64,000 nucleotides of DNA, from the NCBI GenBank assembly GCA_032718475.1, contig JAUCBJ010004610.1:12640-76639 (forward strand). Direction: 5' to 3'. The notes below the pieces were generated by a model. It was not told where the DNA came from, searched no databases, and saw only the letters and a program-made list of their open reading frames with translations. A program made the translations under genes and the position numbers. This document shows, piece by piece, positions 58,679 through 64,000 of this stretch. The stretch's first letter is position 1. Each line of letters opens with the position of its first letter. The stretch is from Nemertoderma westbladi. Its lineage: Eukaryota > Animalia > Xenacoelomorpha.

Positions 58679-59084
58679 TGTTTTTTCGTCAGCAATAATA
58701 AAATTATTTCGTTGTATTTCCTTTTTATAATAATAATTTATAATGTACATACATGTGCGTAATGGTATATTCTTCACAAGGTTCAATGCTTCCATTGCAA
58801 ATTATTATTACAGTTTTCTTATTATTATTACTCGACAGATTTTAGAGGATATCTCCAAACTTTCAAGAACAATACTCTCTATCGAATCCATTGATCCGGT
58901 GTTCATGTAGTGCTTTCTTTAGTTTCAGATGATAACGAAATTCCTTCTTCCTCACTTTCTGGATGGATGAAGAAAGTCGTCTTTCGATTCTGAATAATTC
59001 GGGAGGATATTTCGACAACATATCCCAAAAGCCGTAGAACCTCAGTACGACATGTCGCACCCATGTTGAAGCTCAGAACAGCTG

Positions 59085-60151
59085 GGCTGGGTTGCACGAA
59101 AAAATACTTAGTTAAGCCAAATATTTACTTGAGGGGCCCAAGTATTTACTTGGCTAAGTATTTACTTAGTAAAAATAAAGTTCGGTTGCACGAAACTCCC
59201 AAGTAAATACTTAGCTAAGTAAATACTTACAGCTAAGTATTTACTTAGTACAATGGTAATCAACTAATTCATTTGTGTTACTGATTTGTTTATTTTAGTA
59301 GAATTGCATTATTGTGTGCGGTTCCTTTCTTGGATTCTTAGAAAATGGCTACAGCAAGGATCGAGCCAGAAAATAAGAAAGCGAGGATTACTTGGGACGC
59401 AAAAATAGAATGATAACCTTTTCGGTTGACAAATTGGTCTTCATTTTCGGTCGGTCCATGTATTTGTATATGAGTACAGTCGATCGCACCCACGATATGT
59501 GGAAGGCCAAATCGTCCGTAAAAATACTGTTGAATTTCAGCCATGCCGTCATCATTCGGGAATCGGACAAAATCATCAAGTTTTTGCGCCAAAATGCCAC
59601 TGATTTTGTGGATTGTTCCACTAACAGTTGACTTGTTCACTCGAATGGAATCGCCAACGGTATTTTGGAACTCTCCAGTTGCAAAAAACCGCACGGCAAT
59701 GCACAGCTGCTGCTCGGTGGAAATCGCTTTGCTCCGCTTTGTAGTAGGCTCAATATCGGAGCGAATAATTTCGGTAATTCGCTTGAAATTGAACTTAGAG
59801 AAGCGGTAACGGTCGAAAAATTATTTTTCATTCCAGAAAGACAGCGGATACTCTCTATCTCTGTACAATCGGTTTACAGCACTCATATTTACATCGTAAA
59901 TAGGTAAGACAGGCATAAAAGCCATTTCAGTACAATTTAGAAGTTTATTTTTAAAACTGAATATGTTTAACACTTTATTTGCAGCAGCTAAAGTACCTTC
60001 CGAGCTTACTTAGAATTTTTACTTAGCGTAAGTAATAATAGTTCAAGTAAAAGTTTTGTGCAACCGTCTGAGTAAAAATCGGTTTTTACTTGAGTAAAAA
60101 CTGGCGCTTTAAGTAAAAACTTTTGCTGAGTAAATTTCGTGCAACTGGGCC
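59085..60151 (-). mobile_element. Internally deleted PIF/Harbinger element
   Basis: TIRs ggc(tgg/cca)gttgcacgaaa, 3-bp TSD CTG; RFFATG, VGAIDCTHI, FVNRKGYHS motifs in 59338-59694. Confidence 0.9.
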
Positions 60152-63129
60152 CTGATGCTACAGCTAATTGAAGACGTTCACGACCCCAAAACTTGATATG
60201 AGTGAATTGAACCAAGTGTACAACCAGGCACACAGCGGCGGAGGAGCAAAGGATCACTCAATCTCCTGTAGACAGGAAGAAGGAGCTCCAAAAAAAACCT
60301 CATCTAAATGGTGGTCTTTTATTGGAACTGGCTGGCCATCCTTCTTGAAAGAACACCAAGAATTATCGTCACAGTAGAAGTGTCGTTTATCATCAGATCC
60401 CTTCATTATTGTATGACGATATGAGGCTAATATATTCCGTTTCATCTGCCATACACATTGCCTAATTTCCTCTTCAGTTTTGGCTGTTGTACACACTGCA
60501 CTTCTAATTGCATTACCATAGTAACGGGTCAGTTTCTCTATTGCAAGTTGGGTTAGTCTGTGCTTTTTACCTCCAATAAACGAGCCGTCCTTTAGCTTTC
60601 CTTTGTGCGTAGATTTCAAATCACGCAGAGCTTTACCAAGTCTCTTACTTACATGGTTGATGCAGTCGAGTTTTTGAACCCTGTTACATTCAACCTCTCC
60701 CTTGTCATGGTTTAACCAGTGATTGGTGCCTTCGAGTGATTCATTGTATTCTAGTTTCTGTTTGCCGGTCAACTTCTGGTATTCTTTGCAGCCATCACAG
60801 GCACCGTAGATGTTAGCTATCGAGCTGTAAGCGGAACTATTAGCGGTACTAAGCCGCTATAACTCCGGAACGCTTGGTCCAAATTTGATGGGGTTATTAT
60901 TTCCCAACTTAATTCGATGTCCTCTTTCAGCCTATCCATGTTTCGAAACCCCAAACATCGCCATTCAAAAATTAAGTTTTCCTAGTTCTAGACCAATTTC
61001 AAAAAAGTTGCAGTATTTTATTAACGCCTTTACGGAATTCGATGGGGTTTTCGATTTTTATATTGAACGCCATATCCTGAATCTCACTAGCCTAGTTTCT
61101 AGTGGCCAATGCCAAGACTTCAAACTTTTCGAGGAAATTTTTCTAGAATAATTTGTATTTAATTACATTCATAAGGATTTCTTGTTACTGGGTGCATATA
61201 AAAAGTAAATAAAATAAATTTTCAAATTATTACCTAAACTCGATATCGTGCATCAGACCAGCATGGTTTCGAAATTCCAAAACAAGGTCTTCACTTTTGC
61301 ATGTTGATTTTGTTCTAGAATTAAGCAATTAATAATATATATAATTTCTTAGTAATTATTGTATGAAATATGTTTAATAATGCCAATTCGTAACCAGGCA
61401 CTCTGATTTGTAACTGGGAACTCCAATTTTTTAAAAGACTCAGATTTGTAACTAGAAACTCAGATTTGTTACCAGGAATTCAAATTCGTAACCGCTACCA
61501 GTTGACTGTTTTTTATGAAATAAAAAAGGTCAGTTCCTTATTGGGCCGCCAGGCCTTTCACTAGTAAATATTCGGTAATCTTATATCTTGTAAACGTGCT
61601 TGATAATGAAATTATTTGCTTCATATTATATTTTTGTTAGTGGTAGCAAAGTTTAATTTCTTAATATGTGGGACGAGCCACAAAGTCAGCTAGCCTCACG
61701 CCTTAAGTTTAGACAATTGTTCAGTTTACTTACTGCTGACTGACATAGTTCATTTTTGTAATAGTCTTGGCTAGGATTCCTCCCCCAGGTTCCTTCCAGC
61801 CAGCTTGCTGGCTTTCTAGTAAATAAAACCCATGCAATGCCCAAGGTGGCGCACAATACTGCAATACCACTACCAGTACCATTATTTATTTATCTGATTT
61901 TAGGCTTGTTTGGCTAGTAGTGTCGATTCAAACGTACTAATACATTTTTTATCTATTAACATCTACCAACAGTAGTCATTCTATAATCTTTGAATATCCT
62001 ACCCTCGTTCTTGATTATTTGATCAATAATGGCTTGGTAGGTCCTTCCATCTTGCCACTTGCATAAATAACGTTCTCCAATCTGCAATAATTAACATAAG
62101 TTATTAATTAAATTATAATTCTTACAGTTTGCAGGACTGTGTTATTATTCTATTATTATTATTATGTGATTAGGATTATATACATATCTCATATTCACTA
62201 TATATATCTTCCGTTAGTTAGTGTGTTTGTATTGACAATGAATTATAATATTAATTCGAAATATATTTATAATATTGCTGAATTGCTCCGTTTACTCATT
62301 ATTATTAATTTTGCATCTATCTACCCTAACTTGAATTACATTACTTCATCATTATAATTCTTAATATATTATTGTTATATAAGTACCCTTTTACTACTTA
62401 TGGTGCTACTGTTTGCTTAATCCTTTTAAAGTAAGTTCCTAGTTTATAAATAAATATTATCACACGATATAGTTAATCTTAATTAAATAATTGTAAAATT
62501 ACCTTTAAGTCTAAATTATCTTGCGACAGGCCCTCTTTTCTCGGTTTCGACATGGTGTAGAGTTTTCATCAACTCGTGGAAATAGTTTTAAATAAATACA
62601 TAATAAGTAGTGGACCTAACCGGTTTTCGTCACCGCGCAGCAGCCCAGTTAATGGCGAACGGCTGCCACCCTCGGATTTGTAAAATTTCGAACTGCTGGA
62701 GACCCACTGATCAATGTGTCTGCTGGTTGTGCAATAATAGTGCCACATCTACCGCCCACTACCTGCAATGCACCGGAATGCCAGCCAACCTGTCTACATT
62801 AAGATGCGCGCTGTATCTGATGAGTGTAGACCAACCACTTCCCCATCCACCGTGACTTATTTATTATAGTTTAGTAACAGTATTTTAATATTTATATTAT
62901 ATTATTATTTATTTTACGGAAATTTGTGCTTCAATTGATTAATTTTACTAAGCTCCATATGTTGGAATAAAGAAGTCAATGATCATAATAAGTAGTTCTA
63001 AATTGCTGGTAAATTTAAAACAAAACAAAAACAGCACAAGGTAGGGGAAATACCGCCCCATTACCCATCTAAAAAAAACGATAGAGTTCGTTGTTGCTTA
63101 GAAACCTATTTTAAGGCTTGTACATTGAA

Positions 63130-63960
63130 GTCTGTGTACTCCATAAATATAACCTCCTTTCTAACATCTGTATTGCTACTTCGCAATTCTTAAGCCTAGG
63201 GATGGCTTTAAACATTTCAGGCAATTGTAAGAAAGCTTCATACCACTTCTGAGACTGGAATCTTATCGGATTGAAACTTGACAATATAATTGTCGATTGG
63301 CTCGAGGATAGATATACATTTCATCAAGTTGTCTACGAAGTCAGATGCTATTATGAACTCATTGATCGTTGCTCTTTCTGCTTCTTTTGACCTGGGATGA
63401 TGCCGAAGTCACGACCAGCTATGATACAATTTAGAATTGCATTATTAGACAGAATTGATTTCAGCATTGCTTGTATAGCCCCCATCGTGCAGGGACAGCA
63501 AGAACCAGGCCACTCACACCACGCTCACACTGCAACTTCTCCAGTTTCGCTTTAATTAAATGGTGATTATGTAGATGTACTACTATTTCCTTACAATCCC
63601 CAACAAAATCTAGTAAGTTCTCAAAAGGATATCCATGGGGATATGTCTTGACACCACCCCCAATAGTTGCTGTCGTCGAAGCACCAAAAATATATTTAAC
63701 AAGAAGGTGAAAACCCTGACAGACGCATGCAACCATGAAATAATTTATTAGGAATCTTACTTTCCAGAATTGACCAGACAGCCAGCCTGGTTAGCTGCAG
63801 TGTTGTAAGTGACAGCACCACTAACTTTAGAATCTATCTTTCCTATAACCCATTCAATGTCTTGGGCTATCCAAGAAGCAGTGGGGCCCTGTTCTTCGAA
63901 TCTTAGATGGCGTCACTGCCACGTAATTAATTTACCACAGCGTCATTCGAAATATTCGAC
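63130..63960 (-). pseudogene. hAT transposase fragment
   Basis: GAVT.NTAAN, C..QGFHLLVK.I, PARWG (TRW-equivalent) motifs; frameshifts. Confidence 0.65.
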
Positions 63961-64000
63961 CATGCATCAGATGCAAAACATACATATGTTCCATATCCTT

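Larger units (their letters stand above)
57741..60845 (-). mobile_element. Mutator-like/Kolobok-type DNA transposon, 3' portion
   Basis: KLDCINHVSKR, YYGNAIR, H..C...SWC (60254-60772); RLQLAVAS|AVLSFNMG rejoins across the Harbinger; TTAA|GGGGGCGGTACACC terminus at 57737-57754. Confidence 0.7.

Overview
AT-rich eukaryotic (animal, probably marine invertebrate) genomic DNA dominated by nested transposable elements. Only two host genes are supportable: three in-phase spliced exons of a cadherin-repeat gene (minus, 3022-5406) and a two-exon class A orphan GPCR (minus, 27656-30151). Three elements look intact with readable ends and target-site duplications (TSDs): a Gypsy-like LTR retrotransposon with CG...CG termini and 3-bp TSD (17277-22993), a CRE-clade RLE non-LTR retrotransposon (38651-42298, 16-bp TSD), and a Transib (RAG1-core-like) transposon (42569-47177, 5-bp TSD) whose two ends show an RSS-like 12/22 spacer asymmetry. 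The rest includes a recently amplified RTE LINE family, a split Penelope-like element, degenerate piggyBac, Harbinger, Merlin, pogo, hAT and Mutator/Kolobok-type transposases, a non-autonomous Helitron with a 146-bp array of CTCF-like motifs, a PIF1 helicase-GIY-YIG fusion ORF, a tRNA-His-like gene inside a DNA transposon, a ~219-bp satellite that reads as LC8-binding TQT motifs, hammerhead-like motifs and several foldback MITEs. All calls come from reading motifs by eye; no searches were run.
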